This document shows, one piece after another, positions 1 to 10,600 of a DNA stretch of 47,073 nt. The notes under the pieces are model-generated. The model was not told where the DNA came from and made no database searches. It saw only the letters and a list, made by a program, of their open reading frames with translations. Source of the stretch: a virus; the IMG/VR virus record IMGVR_UViG_3300029928_000218. One strand, given 5' to 3'. How positions within the stretch are numbered: position 1 is the first letter of the stretch; each line of letters begins with the position of its first letter. The position numbers and the translations under genes were made by a program.

Positions 1-282
1 CCGTTCGATGCCTATTCCAGAAAACCCGGGTATACGACCATCGGCTGGGATTACAACCACGATATGCCCGATGAGAGGTTCATTACGTACCGCTCCGTAC
101 TGCGCGAGGCCAGAAGGACGGCGAGATATCTGTCGAAGCTGTACGCGGATGCCGTCGCATCGGCCCGTGCAGATCCAGATGCCCCCGTGAATCCGAACCA
201 TCGATTTCGCATGGCTTATGCCATGAGACGCATTCGTCTTCTTCATGTGGGGCATCGGAAACCGCTTAATCCGCTTCAATAA
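1..282 (+). CDS. Hypothetical protein, 5'-truncated by the window edge
   Basis: Frame 1 is open from base 1 (PFDAYSRKPGYTTIGWDYNHDMPDERF...) to TAA at 280-282; no recognisable motif. Confidence 0.4.
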   Translation, partial: PFDAYSRKPGYTTIGWDYNHDMPDERFITYRSVLREARRTARYLSKLYADAVASARADPDAPVNPNHRFRMAYAMRRIRLLHVGHRKPLNPLQ

Positions 283-374
283 ATCCTCTGATTATGTGAT
301 CCAGAGCTTGGATGGCATCTCCCAAGCATCAAATACACGTCACGACATGGTTGGACATGAGGGAGGCGATAAGC

Positions 375-812
375 ATGACGTACTCTGCTAAAGACATCGG
401 AAGAGCAACAGTGAGGCTGTCCGTAGATAGCAAGTGCTGGATTTCCAATCTAAAGCTGCAGAAGCTTCTCTATTTCGCATGGCTGGAATACTTCAAGAGA
501 ACCGGGAGGCCTCTCTTCGATGAGGAATTCCAAGCATGGAAGTACGGCCCCGTTGTTCCATCCGTCTATTACGAATATTGGTGCAACGCATCCAACATTC
601 TGTTTTCATCCAAGCGCACATCGGAACCGATTGATGATGATACACTCGATTTCCTTCAAGAGATGCTTAAAAACTACGACAAGGTGTCTGTCCGCGAGAT
701 GGTTGAAAAATCCCACAACTCCAAGCCGTGGATAGACAATTATGTGGTTGGGAGAAAGAACATCATACCGAAAGCCTCCATGAAGGTGGAATCATCGCGC
801 TTTTCGATCTGA
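375..812 (+). CDS. Panacea-domain (DUF4065/SocA-like) antitoxin
   Basis: ISNLKLQKLLYFA...FQAWKYGPVVPSVY signature; GGAGG RBS at 362-366 supports the ATG at 375 rather than the track start at 312. Confidence 0.85.
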   Translation: MTYSAKDIGRATVRLSVDSKCWISNLKLQKLLYFAWLEYFKRTGRPLFDEEFQAWKYGPVVPSVYYEYWCNASNILFSSKRTSEPIDDDTLDFLQEMLKNYDKVSVREMVEKSHNSKPWIDNYVVGRKNIIPKASMKVESSRFSI

Positions 813-1684
813 AAACCGATAGAATCATCGAATTGTCTCATTCAGTTAGCCAGATTCTATCCGAGCTTAGCGGCGATCATCTCGATGAATCGAAGTTCGA
901 CGATTTCGCAAAACAGTTCAAATCGATTTATGAATGCGGATATAGGCAGCGCTATTCAGAAATTCTGGGGATGTTGGAAGACATAACATCCTGTGAAGGA
1001 AATTTAGATGAACTGAATGACGAATCCGAAGACTGCCTTGAAGTCATATCCAGCAATCTGATGGCACTTAGAGAATATCTAAGGGAAAACATCGAAGAAT
1101 ACGGAGAATCCACATATTACGGCGTTTTCAAATTGTCCGATCATGTGGATATCGAGATACATCGGCTTAGAGACCGCCAGAATTTGTATCATGAATTGTC
1201 GGGTACCGATGATAATCTCTTCAATCTGTACAAAAAGGCAGAGAAACTAGAACGCAGGTTAGAGAAGGCCAAAAAGTCCATAGAAGACGCCCAGCATAAT
1301 TCGGAAAGATTGCAGATGCAGATGGTTGCGATACTGGGCATATTCGCGGCCATAGTCATGGCATTCTCGGGCGGACTGGACATATTGAGCGGTGCCATAT
1401 CAATTTCGGGCGAATCGGACTTATTCAGAGTCGTGTTCGTTGTAATTTTGTGCGGAATCATCCTGTTCAACATATTCGCATTCCTTATGCACATGATTCT
1501 TGCCATCATTGATTCATCGAACGTTAAAACCTTCAGACGTTTCCGGTATATGGCAAACGAAACCAGAAAGGAAAAGCTGTCAACATGGCTGGACAAATTT
1601 GTTGGAAGTAGATTCATCATAGCCTTCAATGCCATCCTCTTGAGTGCCTTGACTCTTGATGTTGTCCTGATTTTCATTTACTGA
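728..1684 (+). CDS. Coiled-coil protein with C-terminal TM helices; probable partner of the Panacea gene
   Basis: Coiled coil (KKAEKLERRLEKAKKSIEDAQ), then hydrophobic segments (MVAILGIFAAIVMAFSGG; VVFVVILCGIILFNIFAFLM; FIIAFNAILLSALTLDVVLIFIY). Start uncertain: GTG 728 or CTG 809 overlapping the Panacea stop. Confidence 0.7.
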   Translation: MDRQLCGWEKEHHTESLHEGGIIALFDLKTDRIIELSHSVSQILSELSGDHLDESKFDDFAKQFKSIYECGYRQRYSEILGMLEDITSCEGNLDELNDESEDCLEVISSNLMALREYLRENIEEYGESTYYGVFKLSDHVDIEIHRLRDRQNLYHELSGTDDNLFNLYKKAEKLERRLEKAKKSIEDAQHNSERLQMQMVAILGIFAAIVMAFSGGLDILSGAISISGESDLFRVVFVVILCGIILFNIFAFLMHMILAIIDSSNVKTFRRFRYMANETRKEKLSTWLDKFVGSRFIIAFNAILLSALTLDVVLIFIY

Positions 1685-1801
1685 TCAGAGGGCCAGATTA
1701 TTTGCCTATCTTTTCCTACTCGACCATCCTTCATTCCAATTAACCCTGATTGAATTCAAGAACGGGAGCAACCAAATATCCAATGCGTCCTACCCTATTG
1801 C

Positions 1802-2266
1802 GTGAAATTCAACCTCTTCGGGAAACGCCCTGTCAGCACAGATGCGGAAACGCTAGAGGCCATCGAGGAAGTGGACCGCAAGATCCGTTCTGGGTACGAT
1901 CCGCGCGAGGACCCTTCGTCCCCGTATCATCTATCCAAGAATCCCAAGCCGACCGGCATCCAGTACGGCAATACACAATACGCCCTCGTCGAAACCATTC
2001 CCTATCTGAAGGGAAGGATGAGAATGGAGGAGCGCGGATACGATCTTTCGAAGCTCGACTACGTGATATCGATCCTGTTGAACGGGGATGCGCTTCCCCG
2101 CAGATTCAAACCGCATCGCCTGAAGGGCGACAGAAGCGGATTGATGGAATGTCATCCGGACGGCAACCCGAAGGGCGATTGGGTTCTGATATACCGCTAC
2201 GACGACTCGAAGCTCGTATTGTATGCCATCAAGACGGGAACGCATAGGGATTGCGGAGTGGATTGA
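1802..2266 (+). CDS. YafQ/RelE-family mRNA interferase with an N-terminal extension
   Basis: LPRRFKPHRLKG...ECH...DWVLIYRY...KTGTH matches the YafQ pattern; about 55 extra N-terminal residues; no adjacent DinJ/RelB. Confidence 0.8.
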   Translation: MKFNLFGKRPVSTDAETLEAIEEVDRKIRSGYDPREDPSSPYHLSKNPKPTGIQYGNTQYALVETIPYLKGRMRMEERGYDLSKLDYVISILLNGDALPRRFKPHRLKGDRSGLMECHPDGNPKGDWVLIYRYDDSKLVLYAIKTGTHRDCGVD

Positions 2267-2310
2267 TGCAGCCTTTCGATTCGATAGCGAATTTCTCCAT
2301 ACACTGATTG

Positions 2311-2333
2311 GGGGCCGGAGATTCCCCGGCCCC
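2311..2333. terminator. GC hairpin between convergent genes
   Basis: GGGGCCGG-AGATTCC-CCGGCCCC, a perfect 8-bp stem between the YafQ-like stop (2266) and the NTPase stop (2342). Confidence 0.55.
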
Positions 2334-2341
2334 GTTTCCTT

Positions 2342-3349
2342 TCACGATTCCTTCGAACCCTGTTCGGCGGACCACTTCTTCAGCTGCCTGGGGTCGTGGC
2401 GGAAAACCTTGCTAAGAAGCGTCTGGGTCACTCCCGCGTCGATCAGCGGCTGGAACCACTTGCCCATCCATTCCTCTTCGGTCATCCTGCCGTCCGACGC
2501 CTTCCCGCCATCCTCCGGAGGCGGGAGGCTCTTGTAGAATCCCCTTATCGCGCCGATCATCTCATACGATGAGCGTCCGGATATGCACGTCACGAAATCG
2601 TGGAACGGGAAGTCCCCGACGATGAAATCCGCCGAGGACAGATTGTCGTAGGCGTACTCGCCCACGGCCAGCGAATCCGGGTCCCTCGTCCATGAGGACG
2701 TCGGGACTGGAAGCAGCTCCGTAGGCTCGTTGAATCCCGCCTTCACGTACACGATGGAGCGCGGGTCCATCTCGTAGTGCCGCTTCTCGATGAACCGCTT
2801 GGCGGCGGCGTTGTTCTTCTGGAAGGTGCAGTTCACGTTCCCAGGGTCGTTCTCCGCGTCCAGGAAGTTCCTGAACGCTGGTCCGAGATTGCGCATGGCC
2901 GGGGAGAGCAGCCATAGGCACAAGTTGAACTTGCGGATGATCCCGCAGAACTTCTTCATGCTCGATGCCATGTCGCCCACGTTGTTCATATCCCCCAGCA
3001 GGAAGTTCTGGGCCTCGTCCAGAAGGAGGATGATCATCGTGTCCTTGCGCCCGTGCCTCTCCAACTCGTCCACGACTATGGGGAAAATCTCGCGCATCTC
3101 ATGGATGGTATGGACTCCCGGAGGCGACTCGGTGGCGAATCCCGACGCCGTCTTCTTCACGAATATCACGTTCGTTATGAGTACGACGTGCTTGGGCGTT
3201 CCCTCGAAGTATCCCTCGATAAGGCGCTGGCAGAAGGATACGGCGCAATGCGTCTTCCCGCCGCCCCTCATCCCGTAGGAAACCAACACGGCCCCTGGCT
3301 TGAATATGCCCTTGACGTACTCGGATATCCATCCGGAGTCGATCTTCAT
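2342..3349 (-). CDS. Zot/pI-like P-loop NTPase (pleolipovirus-type NTPase candidate) with possible C-terminal HTH
   Basis: Walker A GMRGGGKT; Walker B ILLLDEAQ; C-terminal GVTQTLLSKVFRHDPRQLKKW resembles an HTH. Confidence 0.75.
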   Translation of the reverse strand: MKIDSGWISEYVKGIFKPGAVLVSYGMRGGGKTHCAVSFCQRLIEGYFEGTPKHVVLITNVIFVKKTASGFATESPPGVHTIHEMREIFPIVVDELERHGRKDTMIILLLDEAQNFLLGDMNNVGDMASSMKKFCGIIRKFNLCLWLLSPAMRNLGPAFRNFLDAENDPGNVNCTFQKNNAAAKRFIEKRHYEMDPRSIVYVKAGFNEPTELLPVPTSSWTRDPDSLAVGEYAYDNLSSADFIVGDFPFHDFVTCISGRSSYEMIGAIRGFYKSLPPPEDGGKASDGRMTEEEWMGKWFQPLIDAGVTQTLLSKVFRHDPRQLKKWSAEQGSKES

Positions 3350-4320
3350 GGGCGCCTCCCGGAAGCATTGATATAGCCGCGCGATGATTGTCTTCCGTCG
3401 GTTGCGCCGTCGCTTGGGGCCGTTGTCACAAGCCCGCGTGCCGGCTTTCCTTTCCTTTTCTTTTCGGATTTCTTTTTATAGTTGCGTGATGATGTCTTAC
3501 TGTCGGTTGCGCCGTCGCTTGGGGCTGTTGTCACAAGCCCGCGTGCCGATTTATTCACACTCATTGCATAGAATTTCCAGAATAGTTCAGTGTTGTAATC
3601 GTTAGGATAGTTTATCGCGTTGCCCGTCACTGAAGCGGCCAAGTCGCTTATCTGGAACAGCTCCGCTAGATACGATTCCTGCATCTGCACGATGATTCTG
3701 TCCGACCATAGCACTTCCAGAAATTCATCGCTGATATCGCACGTCTTATCGAATGAGACGACGATGGTCTCGGACAAGTCTACCTCTTCAATGGCCTGAA
3801 CCAATCTCTGAATGGCTGAGAACACATAGAATGCGTTCTTAGGCCTCTTCCATCTCACCCTCATGTCCGGCTTGATCTTCATCTCCGGAAGAGACAGAAC
3901 CAGGAACGGAGAGCCGGAAACGCGATCCACTATCTCGGAGAGTCTTTCTGGATGATTCATCCTCAAATCCTTGTAATGAATCTCCTTGTGGCCGCGTTTG
4001 TCCACTGACATGGGGATATTCTCGAAAAGCCATTCGTAATCGACCTCTCCGAGCTGCGTGACGGCACTGTACGTTATCGCTTTTCCCAGCGATTGCCCCG
4101 TCCTTCCAACACTGCCCGATTCGTCTATCGACCAATAGGATACTTTCTCACGTATGATCCCTCTGATTTCGACAATATCGCGCCCGTAGGCTATGCGGAC
4201 TAGCTCTTCTCCGCATGGGAGATGGCTGGCATTGAACGATTTCACGCCCACACGGCCGTTTCCGGACGTGCGGTTCGGACGGAGCGGTATGTAAAGCTCC
4301 CACATCTCTGCATCATTCAT
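3346..4320 (-). CDS. DUF3800-family RNase H-fold protein (copy 1), reading through a 3' repeat
   Basis: YWSIDESG, central VSFDK, C-terminal FQISDLAAS; tail repeats KxARGLVTTAPSDGATD twice. Confidence 0.7.
   Translation of the reverse strand: MNDAEMWELYIPLRPNRTSGNGRVGVKSFNASHLPCGEELVRIAYGRDIVEIRGIIREKVSYWSIDESGSVGRTGQSLGKAITYSAVTQLGEVDYEWLFENIPMSVDKRGHKEIHYKDLRMNHPERLSEIVDRVSGSPFLVLSLPEMKIKPDMRVRWKRPKNAFYVFSAIQRLVQAIEEVDLSETIVVSFDKTCDISDEFLEVLWSDRIIVQMQESYLAELFQISDLAASVTGNAINYPNDYNTELFWKFYAMSVNKSARGLVTTAPSDGATDSKTSSRNYKKKSEKKRKGKPARGLVTTAPSDGATDGRQSSRGYINASGRRP
3372..3548 (-). ncRNA. Two 72-nt structured repeat units (putative DUF3800-associated RNA), each ending in a TATA-like box
   Basis: Units at 3372-3443 and 3477-3548; the 47-nt cores (3397-3443, 3502-3548) differ at one base, which keeps a GGGCU/(A|G)GCCC stem paired. 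Confidence 0.55.
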
Positions 4321-4664
4321 AGTCCATCACCGAACGCATGGGTCTGGTAGTCGCCCGTGTACGACATCTCGGCCTCCCTGTTCAGCAATCCCTCGTCCGA
4401 CATGACGTAGTAGTACAGCATGAGATAGAGCTTGAACTTCTTCCGCGATGTGTATCCCTTGGCGGGACGCGGGTACTTGGCGGTTATCACGAAGTAACGC
4501 CGATTCTCCCACAGCGATCTGCTACAGTTTAGGGCCAGAGCCTGCTCGAAGGTCTCCAGGTATTCAACGCGTGTATCGCCGGTCTTGTACGCGCGTAATA
4601 AGTTGCGGTACTCCCCGTTCATGTCGCTTATTGTTTCCTTGTACTTCGGGACGTAGCGCTCCAT
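4317..4664 (-). CDS. Hypothetical protein
   Basis: MERYVPKY... preceded by GGAGG; stop overlaps the next start (ATGA). Confidence 0.6.
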   Translation of the reverse strand: MERYVPKYKETISDMNGEYRNLLRAYKTGDTRVEYLETFEQALALNCSRSLWENRRYFVITAKYPRPAKGYTSRKKFKLYLMLYYYVMSDEGLLNREAEMSYTGDYQTHAFGDGL

Positions 4665-5578
4665 CGTGCCGCCTCCGCGTATGCTATCAGCATATCCACG
4701 ATTCCGCGGCCGTCGATATCGGAGCGATATATCCAGTCGGACATCTCGGCCCACGGGTCGTCCTCCGGAGGAACGGTGACATCCGATACTGGGTCGTCGA
4801 ACATGGCCTCGACGAACGGGACGATCCATTCCTCGGAGTCCTCTTCAGAATCCTCTTCGAAGGGTTCGTCTTCCTCCAAGTCCTCGTCGGAATCGTCTTC
4901 GACATCTTCCTCGAAGGGTCCGTCCTCGGTTTCCTCTTCCTCGTGTCCGTTCGGAGTAAAGAACTCTTCCGGCTCCTCCCACGGGTCCTCGTCGGGTCCG
5001 AAGATGGATTCCACCATCCGATCGTACTCCTTGCGTCCCATCAGATCCTTCATCGCCTCGTTCCAGTCGAAGTCGTCGTCCGGGTCCACTCCGGGAGCGA
5101 GTCCCTTCACGTAGGCGTATGTTATCGGCTGGGTGTTCCAGTCCGATGTAGCGGCCTTCCAGTCCGATTCGGATATCCCGCGCCCTCCCAGGCTGCTCAC
5201 GTATTCCTCGATGCCCTTCATCCTGGCCCATGCTATGTTCTGCTGGCGGTATCCCTCCACGCGGCGGATGGCAGCCTCGGCCTTGCACAGCTGGCGCAGC
5301 GTGAAAAGGTCCTTCAGATGCTCAACCTCGTTGACGGGCGGGGAGCGGGAGTATATCAGATACGGGTTGCGTCTCATCACCTCGGCGCACCATTCCCTGT
5401 CCATTATCTGGGATTCCAGGGATTCCGCCTTCCGTTCGAGATAGTCGGATATCTCGTCCCACGTCCATAGGATGGACTTGATCTCCGAGTATGCGGAGCC
5501 GTATAGGATGGCCTCGGCCGTATTGGAATCCGGAAGGGAGCCGGAATCGACGGGAATCTGGAGCTGGAAGTCGTTCAT
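4628..5578 (-). CDS. Hypothetical protein with a long acidic tract
   Basis: EEEETEDGPFEEDVEDDSDEDLEEDEPFEEDSEEDSEE; coupled to its neighbours. Confidence 0.7.
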   Translation of the reverse strand: MNDFQLQIPVDSGSLPDSNTAEAILYGSAYSEIKSILWTWDEISDYLERKAESLESQIMDREWCAEVMRRNPYLIYSRSPPVNEVEHLKDLFTLRQLCKAEAAIRRVEGYRQQNIAWARMKGIEEYVSSLGGRGISESDWKAATSDWNTQPITYAYVKGLAPGVDPDDDFDWNEAMKDLMGRKEYDRMVESIFGPDEDPWEEPEEFFTPNGHEEEETEDGPFEEDVEDDSDEDLEEDEPFEEDSEEDSEEWIVPFVEAMFDDPVSDVTVPPEDDPWAEMSDWIYRSDIDGRGIVDMLIAYAEAARWSATSRSTRKQ

Positions 5579-6492
5579 GCCTTCCTCCTTCCGCGAATGC
5601 GGCGCTCGTTCTCGTCCATCTCGGCGTTGCGGACATCCTTCGCATCGGGCGCGTCGTCGTCCGTTTCCGGAGAGAGACGGGATGCCACGGTGCGGTAGAT
5701 CTCCGCGCCGGGGGTCTTGTCGTAGGTCATCTCCATCAACAGATCGGAGGTCCGGGCGTACTGGGAGGACTGCATCTCCATCTGCATCTCAAGTATCTGG
5801 GATTCCTTCCTGGTCAATTCGGTTGTAAGTTTCTGCTGGTTGTACGCGCTCACCAGCCAGTCCTGGGTAGTGTCGATGCACTGGGGCGCGGGCACGTACT
5901 GGTACGAGCGGACCCTGTACGTTATCAGCCCTTTTTTGATGGTGGTCTCGGATACGCGCTCCTCGACGACATCGATTGGACTGACTGATACCCTCGGATA
6001 GAGGACCTTCTGGACTATGACGGGGCGGGTCCTTCTGATCATGCCCACATCCAGGCGGAGCGGGGACCTCACGCCGATCATGCTCTTTAGAACCTCCTTG
6101 TACGTCTGCTCCTGGAGGCACATATTCCCGTCGCGGTCCCAGTAGTACACGACGGGTTTGATGCTCTCGCATCCATTGGGATACTGGTCGGAGACGATGG
6201 TGTGTATGTTGACGTACACGAGTCCGAGTTCCCCGCGCACGTAGGCGAGCGTGTAGCACGAGAGGAACGCGATCACGAATGCGATGTACCATATGTTCGT
6301 CGGGTCGATGAACGGCTCTCCGAAGTAGGCGGCTATCGCGGGGGAGAGGCACAGCAGCACGAGTATGAGCGTTACGGGGTCGCGGTGGGGCATGACAACG
6401 TGGATGTGCCCGCGGACGCGGGTACCGAGTTCGAAGGCTCCCAGCGAGACGAAGGCCAGAAGGACCGGAAGGACGGCCTCGATGCCCTCCAT
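5575..6492 (-). CDS. Membrane protein with N-terminal TM helices and a C-terminal coiled coil (pleolipovirus conserved-membrane-protein-like architecture)
   Basis: Three N-terminal hydrophobic segments, a soluble domain, then coiled coil NQQKLTTELTRKESQILEMQMEMQ; GGAGG RBS. Confidence 0.7.
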   Translation of the reverse strand: MEGIEAVLPVLLAFVSLGAFELGTRVRGHIHVVMPHRDPVTLILVLLCLSPAIAAYFGEPFIDPTNIWYIAFVIAFLSCYTLAYVRGELGLVYVNIHTIVSDQYPNGCESIKPVVYYWDRDGNMCLQEQTYKEVLKSMIGVRSPLRLDVGMIRRTRPVIVQKVLYPRVSVSPIDVVEERVSETTIKKGLITYRVRSYQYVPAPQCIDTTQDWLVSAYNQQKLTTELTRKESQILEMQMEMQSSQYARTSDLLMEMTYDKTPGAEIYRTVASRLSPETDDDAPDAKDVRNAEMDENERRIRGRRKA

Positions 6493-7247
6493 CGGCGGAG
6501 CCTCCCGATCAGGCTCCGTCTCTTCGGCTTGGCGGGCGGGACGGGCGGCGCCGCGTCCATGATGCGTTCGGTCTCGGCGGCCAGCGGGTTCTCTTCGGTC
6601 GATTCCTCGGAGACATCTGGCTCTTCGATTTCGTCTACGGATTCTATGATGGATTCGTCTTCAGAATTGTCGTCCTCGGAATCGTCGGATTCATCTTCGG
6701 CTTCCTCGATCTCTTCGGAATCCTCTTCGGCGTGTTCCTCGACAACCTCCGTTTCGTCCTCGGAATCGTCGATATCTTCTGATTCCTCTTCGGAATCCTC
6801 GGTTTCCACCTCGGAATCCTCTTCCGGAATCTCTTCGACGGATTCCTCGGCATCCTCGGATTCCTCTTCGAACACGAACGGGTTGGACGCCTGGGGGCGC
6901 CTCGGCTCCGGCAGAGGCCCGCCCATCCTCCTGGATGCTACGGCCATGGCGTAGGACGAAGCGCGGGCGCGGTTCTCCTTCAGAATCCCGGATGCCAGGC
7001 GCATATCCTCCGTGAGACGGGAATCGGCGCCGTTGATGCGGACGAATGCGGACGCGTCCGTGAGACGCGATTCGGCATCGTCGATGGATTCCGTGACGGA
7101 CATCGCTAGACGGAGAGTGGCATCCACGAGCGAACGCCTCTCGCCCGCGTCCCCGCAGTCGCGGAGACGGCGGCAGGCGTCCTCGAAGGTCCTGTATTGA
7201 ACGGACGCGTGGAGATATGCCTCCGCGAACTCCACGACGGGATTCAT
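6372..7247 (-). CDS. Helical protein with an extremely acidic low-complexity region
   Basis: Starts MNPVVEFAE at 7247 (ATGA overlap); about 80-aa E/D/S tract; the last 40 codons overlap the next gene. Confidence 0.65.
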   Translation of the reverse strand: MNPVVEFAEAYLHASVQYRTFEDACRRLRDCGDAGERRSLVDATLRLAMSVTESIDDAESRLTDASAFVRINGADSRLTEDMRLASGILKENRARASSYAMAVASRRMGGPLPEPRRPQASNPFVFEEESEDAEESVEEIPEEDSEVETEDSEEESEDIDDSEDETEVVEEHAEEDSEEIEEAEDESDDSEDDNSEDESIIESVDEIEEPDVSEESTEENPLAAETERIMDAAPPVPPAKPKRRSLIGRLRRWRASRPSFRSFWPSSRWEPSNSVPASAGTSTLSCPTATP

Positions 7248-7495
7248 GGGCGCATCTCCAAAACGTAGATCTTGGCCGATACCTCGGCCATGCGGTACCC
7301 GCTGGCCAGCAGAAGCCTCGTGCTTTCCCTCAATTCCGCCATCAGAACGGCTGGGTCGCCGTCTCCCGTGCGGATGCCGTTCAACGCCCTCTTGTAGATG
7401 TTCGCGTTCGTATGCGCGGCGCAGCAGGCGTCCGTACCCTGTCTGAAAGGGTCGCCCTCCATCGCCAGCGCATCGTATGCACTGATAGGATCCAT
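7244..7495 (-). CDS. Small hypothetical protein
   Basis: MDPISAYDALAM... with GGAGTG RBS; ATGA overlap with the downstream gene. Confidence 0.55.
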   Translation of the reverse strand: MDPISAYDALAMEGDPFRQGTDACCAAHTNANIYKRALNGIRTGDGDPAVLMAELRESTRLLLASGYRMAEVSAKIYVLEMRP

Positions 7496-7629
7496 CGTTC
7501 CACACTCCTTCGCAGAATGGATCCATCGTCGCTGTTGCTGCACGGGATATCGCAGGGGCGGATATTAATGGTGCGCGGATGACGATTGCTGTCTATCGTG
7601 GAATCGGGATGATCAATAATTGAACATCT

Positions 7630-10600
7630 TCAATCCATCAATCCGAATCCGAACCAATCGAAGCTATTCCTGTATCTTCTACGGTTTTCCTCCTTTTCCA
7701 GATCGAGGGATGATCCGAGCGATTCATTCACGAAGAAATCATGGATGCAGCTGTTGAGCGTTTGTTCCTCGAATATGTTGTACCGGTTAAGGACTGTGAA
7801 ATCTTCTTTCGTGATCCCGACAGCTTCGAGGAATGTATTCGGATCCGCATTTTCGAATATCTCCTTGAATGTCGTCTCCCGATAGACGCTGATATAAAGG
7901 AATTCGAAAAGACGTGCCAGTATGTGGCGCATCTTATTGTCCACTTCCTCCACGGTACCCTTCGGCGTCTCCGATTTGGGACGCAATCCGTTCCTCACGG
8001 CGTTGGTGAACGAATCTACATACCATTTCTTGAAAAGGGCATAGCGGCAATCGGAAGGTATGTTGCGGATATCGTTGAGATGGATATTGATGAAACTCTT
8101 CAATTGCGATGACGTTTCCCTCGTCCAGACGATATCCTCTCCGAACTCCTTCTTGATATCCGGTATGAACTTCTTGCCGTCCTCCTTTCCACGGGTTATC
8201 CTCTTGACGGGCATATTGGTACCCGCCTCATACCCTTTGAGAAACGCATTATGGAACTTATTGTGCTTATTGGAACCATCCATGTAGGCTTCCGGACATG
8301 AAGCTTCGGCACGGATATTCTGCAATTCCAGGAACTTGTCGCTCAACTCCTTGTCATCCTCTATCGATGCGAAAAGCTCGAAATCCTCCAATCCTGCTTT
8401 GTAGCCAAGTTCATAGGCGCGGGCCGTGATCTTCTTATCGAATTCCTCCGAAGGACTCGGTATCGGCGTCTCTTTATCGTTCTTGTCGTTCTTCTTCTTG
8501 AGCTTGGAATGGGCGAATACGCGCTCTACGACCTTGCGCACCTCGTCATCGGCCATCATCAGCGCGATCGTCTCATCATCGCCGATGCGTGTTGTTTTCG
8601 AAGTATCGGAGATCTTCTTGGACAACGGCTGCCCGCGCGGGTCCGAGAACTCGGCGAGGTTGTAGAAGACGGCCTCATCGATCTTCTTCGCCATGTTCCC
8701 ATTCAGATAGATCGGCAGATACTTCACGATCAGCCTGGCGACCTTCGCTCTGACGACGGAGTTCTTCTTCGGATTCTCTCCGGATTCCGTGGCGAATTGA
8801 AGTAGAAGCATCGCGGCACGGTCCACATTGAAATCGTAGACGTTTCCGAACTTCTTGACGGATTTACCTTCGTGATACGGAGTCTGTGTGCGGAAGATGG
8901 ACTGAAAATAGGACTCCGGACTGGCCAGATCCTTTAGGACGAACACGGAGGACCATTGCTTGACGGTGACTCCGAGAGTGAGCTTGTTGACGGTGAGAGC
9001 TATGGAACCCAGCATATGCGTGTTGTCCGCCTTTCTGATGCCCGTCATCAGGTAGTTGTATGCGTCCCCTCCCACTCCCGCCTTCGGATCGGAGAGATCG
9101 ATTATCTCATATCCGTTGAAGTACGGATCATCACGGAGAAGATTGGCCATGGCGGTGGTTGAATCACAAGTAGGCATCAGCCACAGAGAATGACGGTTGC
9201 TCGATACGAGTCCGCCTCCCGGATAGTATGGGAAATCATAACCGTCCATGTCGGACGGACTCTTGATGATGTTGAGCCATCTCTTCACCTCGTCCTCGTT
9301 GACGAATGAAACCGGGTCATCGGGATTCACGTCGTGACGGGTCTTGAAGAACATATTGAGCGAGAAATAGTACTTCTTGAGTTTCTTGATGGAAACATAC
9401 ACATTCGGCATATCGCCGAACATCTGATTCATATCGTATCCGAATATCCTCATATCAGGAAATTCTGCATATTCCGGATCCACGGTGTTGAAGTCGTTCT
9501 CTTCGCTGCGCGGATACTTGTTGCGTTGCTCATCGAAATACGTGTAGGAATAGACGGCATCTCCGAATTCATGGGATGATAGGGCCTTGAACGGAGTTCC
9601 GGAAAGGCATATCGTCTTGTCGGTACATATCTTGAATCTCTCGACTATATCCGTAGATAGGTCGTTGATATATGCGACATCGAATTCCTCCATATCCTTG
9701 GCCTTCTCTTCGAATGTGCGCTGGGTACGATCGTTCCATGCACCGAAATGATACTCATCGAGAACGACGAGGTCCCAATCGACGGATTGAAGCTTCTTGA
9801 GACGGGTCTTTGTCTCCGAGGTATTCCTCTCCTTGCCCAGGAAATTCTGAAGGGAAAGGAACATGACGAACGGGCCGACTTCCTTGGATGGCTGGTATTC
9901 GAAACGTCTCAAATCCTCATCGGTGCGATAGGCGTAGTCCTTGGAGATGTGTTTGAGATCGCCTCCCCATGAATCCTCCACTGCCGGAACGAAGGTGAGA
10001 ATCAGAATCCTGTTCAAGTCCATCTCTTCGCAGAACTTGAACGTCGTATAGGATTTTCCGAAACGCATCTTGCAGTTCATGAGGAATCTGCCGTTCTTGG
10101 GATGAACCGTGAAATACTCCTTGAGACGGTCCACGCATTCGCGCTGCTCCTTGCGCGGAGTGTAAACCGCCTTGGTCTTGCCTTCGGTCCTGCATTCCTC
10201 GAAGAGTCTCACCAGTTCTTCCAGCGGAACGTTGACGAACCACTCCTGCTCCTTCTCCTGGATCCCCGCCTTCTTGAGCTTGATCATATCGTGAACGTAG
10301 TAGTCCTTGAACGATTCGTTACCGGCATCGATACATACGCCCCAATGAAGGATCTCCCTCTTGAGACCGTATCTATCGTAATCCGATTGATTCAGAGCCA
10401 ATTCAGCCTTCTGCTGGGCAATTCTGGATTCTATGGCTTTCTTGAAAGTCGTACCAGGATTGCATTTCGTCATCCCGATCTTGATTCCGTGCTGGGGGAA
10501 GTCGGGAAGTTGATACATATAGAGAAGGATCAGGCTCTTTCCAGTGTTGTTGGAATCGGTGTATTTGAAGATAGTCTTCTTGGATTCGAAGTTAACTGTA

